Source: Rhizobacter sp.
Lineage (GTDB): Bacteria > Pseudomonadota > Gammaproteobacteria > Burkholderiales > Burkholderiaceae_C
Length of the DNA stretch: 53,918 nt
Assembly (NCBI GenBank): GCA_031412075.1
Contig: JANOCG010000335.1
Reading direction: 5' to 3' (one strand)
Position 1 is the first letter of the stretch. Every line of letters starts with the position of its first letter. Under the pieces are notes generated by a model. The model saw nothing but the letters and a program-made list of their open reading frames with translations. It was not told where the DNA came from and ran no database searches. Positions 31,300 through 41,260 of the stretch are shown piece after piece. A program made the position numbers and the translations under genes.

Positions 31300-31835
31300 C
31301 TACGAGGTCGTGGCGCGCTGCGCTGCGGCAATGGCTTCATGGGCAGCCTCGGTCAACTGTGGTTTCGTGACCCCCAAAGCGGCGAACGCACGGGCCGCGA
31401 TCGTGTGCTCCTCCTGGGCGCTTGCCAGCAAGACATCTGCGCCCATGAGACATCGCGTGGCACGCGAATGGCGGGTCGCAGCGATTCGCTGCATCAGCGC
31501 CTGGCCCGAAGGTTCTGCCTCGTACAGAGCGGGTGCGGGCGCCACGTCGACCGACGAGGTGGTGCCGGCTTGTGCAGACCGTGTGACGACCACCCCCACC
31601 GCAGCGAGTGCGTCTGCGAACTGGGTGGCCATGGCCTTGCTGAAGCCTGGGCATCGATGCCCAGGCTTCCGAACGCATGGCGGGCGCTGTCGTCCGGCAG
31701 TTCGAGTGCGGCCAGAACAAAGTGTTCCGAGCCGGGTTTGACCCTGCCTTCGGCGCGAGCGCTCTGCTCTGCTTCGCTGCAAAGAAGGGCGATGGTGCGG
31801 GCATCGTGAAATCGGGTTTTGATCGAAGCAAACAT
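31300..31835 (-). pseudogene. Clp protease N-terminal (Clp_N) domain protein, frameshifted near 31645
   Basis: AEQSAR...GSEHFVLAAL in one frame continues as GFSKAMATQFADAL...GADVLLA...AARAFAALGV in another. Confidence 0.75.
31642..31669. repeat. Perfect 28-bp palindrome GAAGCCTGGGCATCGATGCCCAGGCTTC
   Basis: The sequence equals its own reverse complement. Confidence 0.95.
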
Positions 31836-31841
31836 GCGTTT

Positions 31842-32066
31842 CTAGCCTTGGCGGCTCCCATGGGGTTGCAAAAACGACAGCCTGCGATGTGCGGCTTGTT
31901 TGGACACACCGAGAACCTCGGCGATCTGGGACCACGACCAGCCATCCTGGAGCGCAAGTGCCACGGATCGTTGCTCCAGTTCATCTGCGAGACGACGCAG
32001 GGCCACGACCGCCGTCAGCGCGTTGGCGGTGTCTTTCGGGTCTGGAAGAGATTTCGGAAATGCCAT
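31842..32066 (-). CDS. Small helix-turn-helix DNA-binding protein
   Basis: ALRRLADELE...GWSWSQIAEVLGVSKQAAHRR. Confidence 0.85.
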   Translation of the reverse strand: MAFPKSLPDPKDTANALTAVVALRRLADELEQRSVALALQDGWSWSQIAEVLGVSKQAAHRRLSFLQPHGSRQG

Positions 32067-32068
32067 GC

Positions 32069-32115
32069 CGTCAATGTTAGTTGACGATCCATGCAACCGT
32101 CAACATCTGCTGACG
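32069..32115. promoter_or_regulatory. Tandem inverted-repeat operators CGTCAA-N6-(T/C)TGACG
   Basis: Sites at 32069-32086 (perfect) and 32098-32115 (one mismatch), immediately upstream of the HTH gene. Confidence 0.7.
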
Positions 32116-32200
32116 AGCTGGGGCGCACCCTGAAACCGGATGGGCGCAGCACGGAGGGCGTCGCGCACGACTACGCCCAGCGGGCGCCCCGCGAGCCGGC

Positions 32201-33244
32201 TCAGAACTTCATGTAATGCAAGGTTTGCCCATCCTGGGCCTTGACGCTGGCAAAACGGGCGGCCACGCGCGATTGCACGATGACCGGCAGCGGAGCGAAG
32301 CCGGTGCCGCGGGTCAGTTCGTCGCCATGCAAGAAGCACCAGTACAGGAACCGCAGCGCCGGTGCTGCCGAGTCGGCTTGTTTCGGGTTGGCGTCGACCA
32401 GCGCAAACGTCGCCGTGGTGATGGGCCAGGAATCCGCGCCGGGTCGATCCATCAGGCTTGCGAGATCGTTGCCCAGTCGGCCCAGCTCACTGTCTTGAAT
32501 GGCAGCCCGAAAACCTGCTTCAGACGCCTTGACGAACCGTCCTGAAGCGTTTCGAAGCTTCAGATCGGTCAAACCATCCCGCGCCACCCGATCGAAGCTG
32601 ACATAGGCGATCGTCCCCGTCGTCGCGCGCAGCGCGTTGACCATGCCGTCATTGCCCTCTGCAGTGGTCACGTCGCCCGGCCACTTGGGCAGCTGGGACT
32701 CGCCCACTTGGGTCTTGAAGTCGACGGACACCAGGGAGAGGTAGCGGCTGAAGCCCTCGGAGGTGCCTGACTTGTCGGCCCGCACGATGCGTTTGATGGG
32801 CGTGGCCGGCAGGCGGGTTCCTTTGTTGAGCTCGGCGATGCGCGGGTCGTCCCAGCGCTGAATGGTGCCAAGCATGATGGCGGCCAGTGTGGCGCCATCC
32901 AGTTGCAACGATCGTTCGCCCACGGCGGGTAGGTTGACCACCGGCACGATCCCGCCCACGACCATCGGAAATTGCACGAGCTGCCGCTTGGTGAGCTCGG
33001 CCTGCGAGAGGGGCGTGTCAGACCCGGCAAACCCCACCTTGCGCTCGGTGATTTGTTTGACGCCGTCGCCCGAGCCCGTGGGCTTGTAGACGACGGTTTC
33101 CCCGGCCTGTTTCTTGTACTGCTCGGACCACTTGGAGTAGACCTTGGACGGGAAAGACGCTCCCGTGCCCTGAACGTCAGCGTATGCGCAGGGAACCCAG
33201 GCCACCAGCGCCAACACCACCGTTCCGACCATCAACCGTTTCAT
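32201..33244 (-). CDS. pstS: Phosphate-binding protein PstS (stand-alone)
   Basis: GTGASFP, TGSGDG, FAGSDTPL, RADKSGTS, SWPITTATF. Confidence 0.9.
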   Translation of the reverse strand: MKRLMVGTVVLALVAWVPCAYADVQGTGASFPSKVYSKWSEQYKKQAGETVVYKPTGSGDGVKQITERKVGFAGSDTPLSQAELTKRQLVQFPMVVGGIVPVVNLPAVGERSLQLDGATLAAIMLGTIQRWDDPRIAELNKGTRLPATPIKRIVRADKSGTSEGFSRYLSLVSVDFKTQVGESQLPKWPGDVTTAEGNDGMVNALRATTGTIAYVSFDRVARDGLTDLKLRNASGRFVKASEAGFRAAIQDSELGRLGNDLASLMDRPGADSWPITTATFALVDANPKQADSAAPALRFLYWCFLHGDELTRGTGFAPLPVIVQSRVAARFASVKAQDGQTLHYMKF

Positions 33245-33376
33245 CTCTCTGCTCCTGGAAAAGGGCGAGAGGATACAGGTAAACCCTTAGGTCGCTCGTG
33301 CACTACGCCACGGGTGAGTGGGTGTGGGGGACACCGTCTAACCGCTCCGCAGACGAGATCCAGGTTGGCCCGGAGG

Positions 33377-33877
33377 TCAAGGCTCGACGTGGGGCCCGTA
33401 GGCAAGCAGCCGGTAGAGCAGGCGGTGTGCACCGCGCACCGCCACCGCATAGTCCTGCGCCGCTTCCGGCGAAAGCTCGGCCGACGAGGTTCCCGTGGCG
33501 TCGACCCAGAAGGCGAACATGTCGCGCAACAAGGCATAGGCGTGGAAGTCGAGCAACTTGCGGCGCTCCAATGTGTCGAGCAGGCTCAAGGTACTGCTCT
33601 TGAGCTTGATGCCTCGTTGCTCCGAGAGCTGACGCAGCAGCGACTCGACCTCATTCCAGCCTTCGAGCACGGCTTCGCGCGGCGAGGCCTGGGCGACCTC
33701 TTTCAGTCTCACGTACGCCACCTGGTCCGACAACGCAGAAGCGCCTTGAGCGGACACCGCCTTGTCCAGGTCGACCGCCATCCTGCGCAGATCCATGGCT
33801 CGGATACCGAGCGGCTGGGTGACCGGTCGATTGACCCAGCCTTCTTGCGCAAGAGAAAAGAGATGACGCAGGTTCAT
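33377..33877 (-). CDS. Hypothetical protein
   Basis: Helical ORF (SPREAVLEGWNEVE) with gene-like codon usage. Start uncertain, up to 33973. Confidence 0.55.
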   Translation of the reverse strand: MNLRHLFSLAQEGWVNRPVTQPLGIRAMDLRRMAVDLDKAVSAQGASALSDQVAYVRLKEVAQASPREAVLEGWNEVESLLRQLSEQRGIKLKSSTLSLLDTLERRKLLDFHAYALLRDMFAFWVDATGTSSAELSPEAAQDYAVAVRGAHRLLYRLLAYGPHVEP

Positions 33878-34103
33878 CGCAGAGGCCCCCGGCGCGGACC
33901 GCGTTGATTCTGAATCTCCATCGGCGATTGATGTTCCATGTGGCGCGCAGGCTGGCTTCATTGACGAAGACAAGATCGAGCCATGTTAGGCGCGAAGTTT
34001 GACAGCGCTGTTTCCATCGAGATGGGAACGTGGCGAGCAGGGTGAAACGGATCGGATGCCCGAGCCCGGCCTGCAAGGTCAGTTTCGCGGGCATCATCTG
34101 CCC

Positions 34104-36758
34104 ATGACAGGCAAAAGATCGCCGCGACGAACACCTGAATTCCCTCTCCCAACGGACGCGGCAGAAGCCGTCGAGCGAAAGCTGCTCGCGTGGATGGTTT
34201 CTCGCGGGTGGCAAGCCTTCGCTTTCCAGCGCGAGGTGTGGGCGGCCATGGCCGCCGGCGAGTCGGGCCTGCTGCACGCGACAACCGGGGCCGGTAAAAC
34301 TTATGCGGTGTGGCTCGGCGCCCTGATCGCCTTTTTGCGAACCGCTGGCGGCCAGGCGGTCAGCAAGCCTGCGCCGATGACCGTGTTGTGGATCACCCCC
34401 ATGCGGGCGCTCGCCGCCGACACCTTGCGCGCCCTGCAAGGCCCTCTTGCCGAGTTGCAACCGGCAGAAGGTGCAGCGCCGGCGTTCGACAGCTGGAGCA
34501 CCGGCGCACGCAGCGGCGACACCGCTCCCGGCGAACGCAGTGCGCAAGACAAGCGCCTTCCCACCACCCTCGTGACCACGCCGGAAAGTCTGTCGCTGAT
34601 GCTCTCGCGCGCCGATGCGCAGGCATCGCTCGGCAGCGTGCGCCTGGTGGTGGTCGACGAGTGGCACGAGATGCTGGGCAACAAGCGTGGCGTGCAGGTG
34701 CAGCTGGCCTTGGCACGGCTGCGGCGCTGGTGCCCCGGGCTGTGTGTGTGGGGCATGTCGGCCACGCTGGGCAACCTGGCGCAGGCGCAGCACGCGCTGC
34801 TGGGTGACACGCCGGGCCGCCTGGTGCAAGGCGAGGTGCCCAAGACGCTGGTGGTCGATTCGCTGTTGCCGCCGGTTGCGGAGCGCTTCCCGTGGGCGGG
34901 GCACCTGGGGCTCACCATGCTGCCGCAGGTGATCGCCGAGATCGAATCCAGCAGTACCACGCTGGTGTTCACCAACACACGCTCGCAGTCGGAGATCTGG
35001 TACCAGGCGCTGCTGGAAGCGCGCCCCGAATGGGCCGGCGAGATCGCGCTGCACCACGGCTCGCTCGATCGTGCGGTGCGCGAATGGGTGGAGCTCGGGC
35101 TGAAAAACGGCGAGCTGCGCGCGGTGGTCTGCACCTCGAGCCTCGACCTCGGGGTGGACTTCCTGCCGGTCGAACGGGTGCTGCAAATCGGCTCGCCGAA
35201 AGGCGTGGCGCGCTTGCTGCAGCGTGCCGGGCGCTCGGGCCATGCGCCGGGGCGGCCGTCGCGCATCACGCTGGTGCCGACACACAGCATCGAGATGGTC
35301 GAAGGCGCTGCCGCGCGCGCCGCCATTGCGGCCGGGCAGATCGAAGCCAGGCCGTCACCGCAGCAGCCGCTCGACGTGCTGGTGCAGCACCTGGTCACGG
35401 TGGCGCTGGGGGGCGGCTTCGAGCCCGAGGCCTTGTACGACGAAGTGCGCAGCACCGCCGCCTATGCGGGCCTCTCGCGCGAGAGCTGGGAGTGGTGCCT
35501 GGCCTTCGTGCGCCAGGGCGGCCCCTCGCTCGCCGCCTACCCCGACTACCAACGCGCCGTGCCGGGCGACGACGGCGTCTGGCGCGTGCCCGATGCCCGC
35601 CTCGCGCGGCGCCACCGCATGAACATCGGCACCATCGTCAGCGACGCGAGCATGCCGGTGCAGTACGTCGGCGGTGCGCGCCTGGGCAGCGTCGAAGAGA
35701 GTTTTGCCGCGCGCCTGAAACCGGGCGAATGTTTCATGTTCGGCGGGCGGCTGCTGGAGCTGGTGCGGATCCACGACATGACGGCCTGGGTGCGGCGCGC
35801 CACCGGCCGGCGTGCAGCCGTGCCGCGCTGGAATGGCGGGCGCATGTCGCTCTCGAGCACGCTGGCCGATGCGGTGGTGCAGCAGCTCGCGCTCGCCGAT
35901 GCCGGCCAGTACGACAGCCCCGAGCTGCAGAGCCTGAAGCCCTTGTTCGACATCCAGCGGCAATGGTCGGCCCTGCCCACACCTCAGACCCTGCTGGTCG
36001 AGACGCTCAAGACGCGCGAGGGCTGGCACCTGTTTCTCTACCCGTTTGCGGGCCGCCACGTTCACCTGGGCCTGGCGAGCCTGGTGGCGTGGCGCCTGGC
36101 GCGCGACACGCCGCGCACGTTTTCAATGTCAGTCAACGACTATGGCTTCGAGCTGCTCAGCGCGACCGAGGTCGACTGGCAGACCCTGTTGCCGAAGGCT
36201 CTGGCCGTCGGCGATGACGCCACGCTGTTGCTCGAGGTGCTCGACAGCCTCAACGCCAGCGAACTCGCACAGCGGCGCTTTCGCGAGATCGCACGCGTGG
36301 CGGGGCTCATCTACCAGGGCTTTCCGGGCGAGAAGCGCAGCAACAAGCAGCTGCAGGCGTCGTCGTCGTTGTTCTGGGAGGTATTCCGCAAGTACGACCC
36401 GGCCAACCAGTTGCTCAAACAAGCCGAGCAGGAACTGCTCGCACACGAGCTCGAGATCAGCCGCCTGCGCGCGAGCCTGCAGCGGATGGCCACGCAACAG
36501 CTGGTGTGGAAGCCACTGGCGCGGCCCACACCGTTTTCTTTCCCGTTGATGGTGGAGCTGTTTCGCGAACAGCTGTCGAACGAGAAGGTGGCCGACCGCA
36601 TCGCGCGCATGGTGGCGCAGCTCGAAGCGGCGGCCGGTGGGCACACGCCCGCTTTCAGCATGGAGGCAGTGCGGAGCACGCTCGCCTTCGGCGGCGCGGG
36701 TCCCTCCGCACCCTCGCCTGCTGCGGCCAAGACCGATGGCCGCAGGCGCCGCAGATGA
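34104..36758 (+). CDS. Ligase-associated DNA damage response DEXH-box (Lhr-like) helicase
   Basis: [44 protein letters not shown]. Start uncertain. Confidence 0.93.
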   Translation: MTGKRSPRRTPEFPLPTDAAEAVERKLLAWMVSRGWQAFAFQREVWAAMAAGESGLLHATTGAGKTYAVWLGALIAFLRTAGGQAVSKPAPMTVLWITPMRALAADTLRALQGPLAELQPAEGAAPAFDSWSTGARSGDTAPGERSAQDKRLPTTLVTTPESLSLMLSRADAQASLGSVRLVVVDEWHEMLGNKRGVQVQLALARLRRWCPGLCVWGMSATLGNLAQAQHALLGDTPGRLVQGEVPKTLVVDSLLPPVAERFPWAGHLGLTMLPQVIAEIESSSTTLVFTNTRSQSEIWYQALLEARPEWAGEIALHHGSLDRAVREWVELGLKNGELRAVVCTSSLDLGVDFLPVERVLQIGSPKGVARLLQRAGRSGHAPGRPSRITLVPTHSIEMVEGAAARAAIAAGQIEARPSPQQPLDVLVQHLVTVALGGGFEPEALYDEVRSTAAYAGLSRESWEWCLAFVRQGGPSLAAYPDYQRAVPGDDGVWRVPDARLARRHRMNIGTIVSDASMPVQYVGGARLGSVEESFAARLKPGECFMFGGRLLELVRIHDMTAWVRRATGRRAAVPRWNGGRMSLSSTLADAVVQQLALADAGQYDSPELQSLKPLFDIQRQWSALPTPQTLLVETLKTREGWHLFLYPFAGRHVHLGLASLVAWRLARDTPRTFSMSVNDYGFELLSATEVDWQTLLPKALAVGDDATLLLEVLDSLNASELAQRRFREIARVAGLIYQGFPGEKRSNKQLQASSSLFWEVFRKYDPANQLLKQAEQELLAHELEISRLRASLQRMATQQLVWKPLARPTPFSFPLMVELFREQLSNEKVADRIARMVAQLEAAAGGHTPAFSMEAVRSTLAFGGAGPSAPSPAAAKTDGRRRRR

Positions 36759-37450
36759 GCCTGCCTGAGATGAACCTGCCCCCTGGCCTGGCCGTTCGCT
36801 GCGCCGGTGAAACCCTTTACCTGCTGCCACAGCGCGCCCTGTGGTGGCCGGCACAACGCCACTTGTTCATCGCCGACCTGCACCTCGGCAAGGCCGCATC
36901 GTACCGGGCCCTCGGCCAGCCGGTGCCCAGCGGCACCACGCAGGCCAACCTTGCCCGGCTCAGCGAATTGCTGCGCGCGTACGACCCGCTCACGCTGGTG
37001 TTCCTGGGCGATTTCCTGCACGCCGCCGAAGCCCGCACGGCGTCGGTGCTCGGTGAGCTGACTGTCTGGCGCGCGGCCTTCAGCTCGGTGCGCTGCGTGC
37101 TGGTGCGCGGCAACCACGATCGCCGCGCCGGCGACCCACCGGCTGCCCTGGGTGTCGAGGTGGTGGAAGAGCCTTGGCATCTCGGGCCTTTCGCTGCTTG
37201 CCACCACCCACAGACCCAGCCGGGCCGCGTGGTGCTGGCCGGGCATGTGCACCCCACGGTGGTGCTTCGCGGCCGCGGGCGAGAACGCCTGCGCGTGCCC
37301 TGCTTCGCGCTCGACGCGCATCAACTGCTGTTGCCGGCCTTCGGCGAGTTCACTGGCGGTTGGACCCTGTCACCGGCTCCCGGCACGGATCTTTTTGCCG
37401 TGGCCGCCGAAGGCGTGTGGCGGCTTCCGTCGCTCAGTCCTCCGCGCTGA
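36755..37450 (+). CDS. pdeM: Ligase-associated DNA damage response metallophosphoesterase/endonuclease
   Basis: [32 protein letters not shown]. Coupled to the helicase. Confidence 0.9.
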   Translation: MSLPEMNLPPGLAVRCAGETLYLLPQRALWWPAQRHLFIADLHLGKAASYRALGQPVPSGTTQANLARLSELLRAYDPLTLVFLGDFLHAAEARTASVLGELTVWRAAFSSVRCVLVRGNHDRRAGDPPAALGVEVVEEPWHLGPFAACHHPQTQPGRVVLAGHVHPTVVLRGRGRERLRVPCFALDAHQLLLPAFGEFTGGWTLSPAPGTDLFAVAAEGVWRLPSLSPPR

Positions 37451-37640
37451 GCAACGGTGCTTGGGACACCTCGGCGTCGAAATCCATCAGCACGCTGGCC
37501 AAGGCCAGGCTTCGCCACAGGGAAGAGGGCATCGCCATGATGGCCTCGGGCGTGCGAGCCTGCGAGATCCAGGCTCCGATCTCGGCATGCTGGTCCGTCG
37601 TGAGGAGATTCCGATTCAGCATGTCATCGAGTGTTTGCAT
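37434..37640 (-). CDS. Small hypothetical protein
   Basis: 68 aa, AAGGAA RBS. Confidence 0.55.
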   Translation of the reverse strand: MQTLDDMLNRNLLTTDQHAEIGAWISQARTPEAIMAMPSSLWRSLALASVLMDFDAEVSQAPLLSAED

Positions 37641-37822
37641 GGGCGGTTCCTTGGTTCAACGGTTCCAGTTGGGGCTGCGCATGCAAGATTCAATCCGCCG
37701 GATGGCTGGAGTGCTTGGCCGATCGAAGATCCGCGCGTCAATGCGCTCAGCTTTTCTGTGCCAAACCATACCGGAGACAATATTCGCCCATGACCTGCAA
37801 GACATTTCTCCCGACCTGACGC

Positions 37823-38704
37823 GTGGACCTCGCCACCTTTCTCATCCAGTGCCTGAACTCGCTGCAGTACGGGCTGCTGCTGTTTCTGGTGGCCTCGGGC
37901 CTGACGCTCATCTTCGGGATCATGGGCGTGATCAACCTCGCCCACGGCAGCTTCTACATGATCGGTGCCTACATGGCTTACGCCCTTGCGGCGCCGATCG
38001 CGGCCACCTTGGGCGGTGGCTTCTTCGCCACGCTGGCAGTGGGCACGGTGCTCGCCGTGCTGCTGGGCTACGTGCTCGAGTGGGCCTTCTTCAGCTTTCT
38101 CTACGAACGCGAGCACCTGCAGCAGGTGCTGATGACCTACGGGCTGATCCTGGTGTTCGAGGAGCTGCGCAGCATCGTCGTGGGTGACGACGTGTACGGC
38201 GTGGCGGTGCCGCCTCTGCTGGCCGGCAGCTTCGCGCTGGGTGAGGTGATGAGCTACCCGGTCTACCGGCTCTTCATCTCGGCGGTGTGCCTGGCGCTGG
38301 CGCTGGGCATGTACCTGGTGTTCACGCGCACACGGCTGGGCATGATGATCCGCGCCGGCAGCAGCAACCGCGAGATGGTGCAGTCGCTGGGGGTCGACAT
38401 CAAGTTCCTCTACCGGGTGGTGTTCGCCGCCGGTGTGGCGCTGGCCGTGCTGGCCGGCATGGTGGCCTCGCCGGTGTCGTCGGCCTACCCGGGCATGGGC
38501 AACCAGGTGCTGATCCTCTGCTTCGTGGTGGTGGTGATCGGTGGCATCGGCTCCATTCGCGGCGCCCTGCTGGCGGCGCTGCTGATCGGCGCGGTCGACA
38601 CCTTCGGCAAGGTGGTGTTCCCGCAGGCCGCCGGCGTGCTGGTGTATGTGTTGATGGCCTTGATCCTGCTGTGGAAGCCGGATGGTCTTTTCAAGGCAGG
38701 GTGA
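37823..38704 (+). CDS. Branched-chain amino acid-type ABC permease (LivH-like)
   Basis: GLTLIFGIMGVINLAHG, TRLGMMIRA, VVIGGIGS. Confidence 0.92.
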   Translation: MDLATFLIQCLNSLQYGLLLFLVASGLTLIFGIMGVINLAHGSFYMIGAYMAYALAAPIAATLGGGFFATLAVGTVLAVLLGYVLEWAFFSFLYEREHLQQVLMTYGLILVFEELRSIVVGDDVYGVAVPPLLAGSFALGEVMSYPVYRLFISAVCLALALGMYLVFTRTRLGMMIRAGSSNREMVQSLGVDIKFLYRVVFAAGVALAVLAGMVASPVSSAYPGMGNQVLILCFVVVVIGGIGSIRGALLAALLIGAVDTFGKVVFPQAAGVLVYVLMALILLWKPDGLFKAG

Positions 38705-38708
38705 ACGC

Positions 38709-39722
38709 GTGCAACAGCGTGCCGATCTGAAAAAAATCATTCCCGTGCTCGCCGCCGGCGTGCTGCTGGCGCTGTACCCCGCGGTGTCGGGCAGCTTCGG
38801 CATCGACCTGGTCACCAAGATCATGGTGTTCGCCATCTATGCGCTGAGCCTTGAGCTGCTGGTGGGCAGCACGGGCCTGGTGTGCTTCGGCCACGCCGCG
38901 TTTTTCGGGCTCGGCGGTTACGCCACGGTGCTGCTGGCGCCTCAGGGCGCCGCACCTTCGCTGTGGTGCTTGCTGCCGGCCGCCATGGGTTCGGCGGCGC
39001 TGTATGCGCTCTTCATGGGCGCGTTGTCGCTGCGCACCAAGGGCGTCTACTTCATCATGGTCACGCTGGCGTTTGCGCAGATGGCCTATTACGTGGTGCA
39101 CGACACGCCGCTCGGCGGCGGCAGCGACGGCATCTACCTGAACGACGGCAAGCCGGTGGCGATGATCGGCAGCCTGGTGCTCGTCGACCTGAACGGCCCG
39201 CTCTCGCTGTATTACTTCGTGCTCGGCAGCCTGGGATCAAGCTTCGTTTTTCTGGCGGTGCTGCTGCGCTCCACCTTCGGGCGCGCGCTGGCGGGCATCA
39301 AGGCCAACGAGCAGCGCATGCGTGCCACCGGGTTTTCGACCTACCCGTACAAGCTGGTGGCCTTCGTGCTCTCGGGCGCGCTGGCCGGCCTGGCTGGCTT
39401 TCTCTTTGCCGTGAAAGATGCGTACGTGAACCCCGAGCTGCTGAGCTGGCACCAGTCGGGCGCGGTGCTGATCATGATCATCCTCGGTGGCCTGGGCCAT
39501 TTGCGCGGCGCGGTGCTGGGGGCGTTTGCGTTTGCACTGCTGCAGGAGCTGTTTCGCTCCGAGGCGATCTTCGGCGCCTTTGCCAAACACTGGCACCTGG
39601 GGCTCGGGCTGACCATCATCGCCAGTGTGGCGGTGCTGCCGCGCGGCTTGATCGGCTTGTCGAGCCTCTTCCGGCGACGGTTGGCCGGTGCACCCGAGGA
39701 GTCGGCCCATGCCCGGGGCTGA
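38709..39722 (+). CDS. Branched-chain amino acid-type ABC permease (LivM-like)
   Basis: FGHAAFFGLGGY, GVYFIMVTLAFAQM, GGSDG. Confidence 0.92.
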   Translation: MQQRADLKKIIPVLAAGVLLALYPAVSGSFGIDLVTKIMVFAIYALSLELLVGSTGLVCFGHAAFFGLGGYATVLLAPQGAAPSLWCLLPAAMGSAALYALFMGALSLRTKGVYFIMVTLAFAQMAYYVVHDTPLGGGSDGIYLNDGKPVAMIGSLVLVDLNGPLSLYYFVLGSLGSSFVFLAVLLRSTFGRALAGIKANEQRMRATGFSTYPYKLVAFVLSGALAGLAGFLFAVKDAYVNPELLSWHQSGAVLIMIILGGLGHLRGAVLGAFAFALLQELFRSEAIFGAFAKHWHLGLGLTIIASVAVLPRGLIGLSSLFRRRLAGAPEESAHARG

Positions 39723-40467
39723 AGTCTTGCTGCGCGGGCACGAAATCACCCAGCGCTGGGGTGGGCTGGTGGCGCTGGACCGGGTGTCGATCGAACTCTC
39801 GCGCGGCGCCATCCACGCCGTGATCGGCACCAACGGTGCCGGCAAGTCCACGCTGATCAACGTCCTCGCGGGCGAGTTCAAGCCCACACAAGGCCAGGTC
39901 TCGCTGTTGGGTGAAGACGTGACCGCCTGGCCGCAACCGCGCCGTGCGCGCGCGGGCCTGGGCCGCAGCTACCAGCGCACCACCCTCTACCCCGGCTTCA
40001 GCGTGTTCGAGAACTGCCGGCTCGCCGCGCAAGCCACGCGCCAACGCGCCTGGGCCTGGTGGGCCGACGCCGCACACGACCCGGTGACCCACCAACACGC
40101 CATGCAAGCCGCCCGGCGGGCCGGCCTCACCGAGCTGCTCGGGCGCGAGGCCGGCCTGCTCTCGCACGGGCAGAAGCGCCAGCTCGAAGTGGCGATGTGT
40201 CTGGCCACACGCCCGCAGGTGCTGCTGCTCGACGAGCCCCTGGCCGGCATGGGCGCCGAAGAGACCGACCGCATGCTGGCCTTGCTGGCCGAGCTGCGCC
40301 CCGACCACGCGATCCTGCTGGTCGAGCACGACATGGACGCCGTGTTCCGCGTGGCCGACCGCATCACGGTGATGGTCAACGGTGTGGTGATCGCGTCCGA
40401 CGAACCGAACGCCGTGCGCCACAACCCCGAGGTGCGCGCGGCCTACCTTGGCGAGGTGGCTGCATGA
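39709..40467 (+). CDS. ABC ATP-binding protein (LivG-like)
   Basis: GTNGAGKS, LSHGQ, LLDEP, VEHDM, AYLG. Confidence 0.92.
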   Translation: MPGAEVLLRGHEITQRWGGLVALDRVSIELSRGAIHAVIGTNGAGKSTLINVLAGEFKPTQGQVSLLGEDVTAWPQPRRARAGLGRSYQRTTLYPGFSVFENCRLAAQATRQRAWAWWADAAHDPVTHQHAMQAARRAGLTELLGREAGLLSHGQKRQLEVAMCLATRPQVLLLDEPLAGMGAEETDRMLALLAELRPDHAILLVEHDMDAVFRVADRITVMVNGVVIASDEPNAVRHNPEVRAAYLGEVAA

Positions 40468-41177
40468 GCGCCGACCTGATCGTCGACGCGCAAGGCGTGC
40501 ACGCCTGGTACGGCTCCAGCCACGTGCTGCAGGGCATCGACCTGCAGATCGCGCGTGGCGAAAGCGTGGGCCTGCTTGGGCGCAACGGCATGGGCAAGTC
40601 GACACTCATTCGCACCCTGCTCGGCCATGTGAAGCAGCGCGAGGGGCGCATCGTCATCGCGGGGCATGACGCTTCGCGCGCCCAGCCGCACGAGGTGGCG
40701 CGCCTGGGTGTGGCCTATGTGCCCGAAGGCCGTGGCGTGTTTCCCAATCTCACGGTGCGCGAGAACCTGGTGATGTCTGCACGACGCGGGCGTGATGGCC
40801 GCATGGAATGGAGCTTCGATCACGTGATGGAAACCTTCCCGCGGCTGAAGGAGCGCCTCACCCACCTGGGCGCGCAACTTTCGGGTGGCGAGCAGCAGAT
40901 GCTTTCCATCGGCCGCGCGCTGATGACGCACCCCGATCTCATCCTCCTCGACGAAGCCACCGAGGGCCTGGCGCCGCTCGTCGTGGCCGAGATATGGAAC
41001 GTGATCCGCCGCATCCGCGAGACCGGCATCGCCGCCCTGGTGGTCGACCGCGACCACCGGAAAGTCATCGCGCAGACCGACCGCGTGGTGGTGCTGCAAA
41101 AAGGCCGGGTGGTGCTGGCCGGCCCGTCGGCTGAGTTTGCCGACGGGCAGCAGATCGGGGCCTACCTGGGCGTGTGA
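40464..41177 (+). CDS. ABC ATP-binding protein (LivF-like)
   Basis: GRNGMGKS, YVPEGR, LSGGEQQ, LLDEATEGLAP. Confidence 0.92.
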   Translation: MSADLIVDAQGVHAWYGSSHVLQGIDLQIARGESVGLLGRNGMGKSTLIRTLLGHVKQREGRIVIAGHDASRAQPHEVARLGVAYVPEGRGVFPNLTVRENLVMSARRGRDGRMEWSFDHVMETFPRLKERLTHLGAQLSGGEQQMLSIGRALMTHPDLILLDEATEGLAPLVVAEIWNVIRRIRETGIAALVVDRDHRKVIAQTDRVVVLQKGRVVLAGPSAEFADGQQIGAYLGV

Positions 41178-41260
41178 GCGCAAAGCATCCATAAGCCTGG
41201 GGATTCGCCACGCGGCGGCGCGCTGCACCATCGGTTCTCTTTGCAGCCGGGAGAGCCACG

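Noticed and set aside
30006-32066. EEP nuclease plus HTH/Clp_N as an anti-phage defence system
   Set aside because: They are separated by about 250 bp, with no defence-type ATPase or other hallmark and no mobile-element context.
37755-37775. Possible sigma-54 promoter TGGCACAGAAAAGC on the minus strand
   Set aside because: GG-to-GC spacing is 9 nt rather than the required 10.
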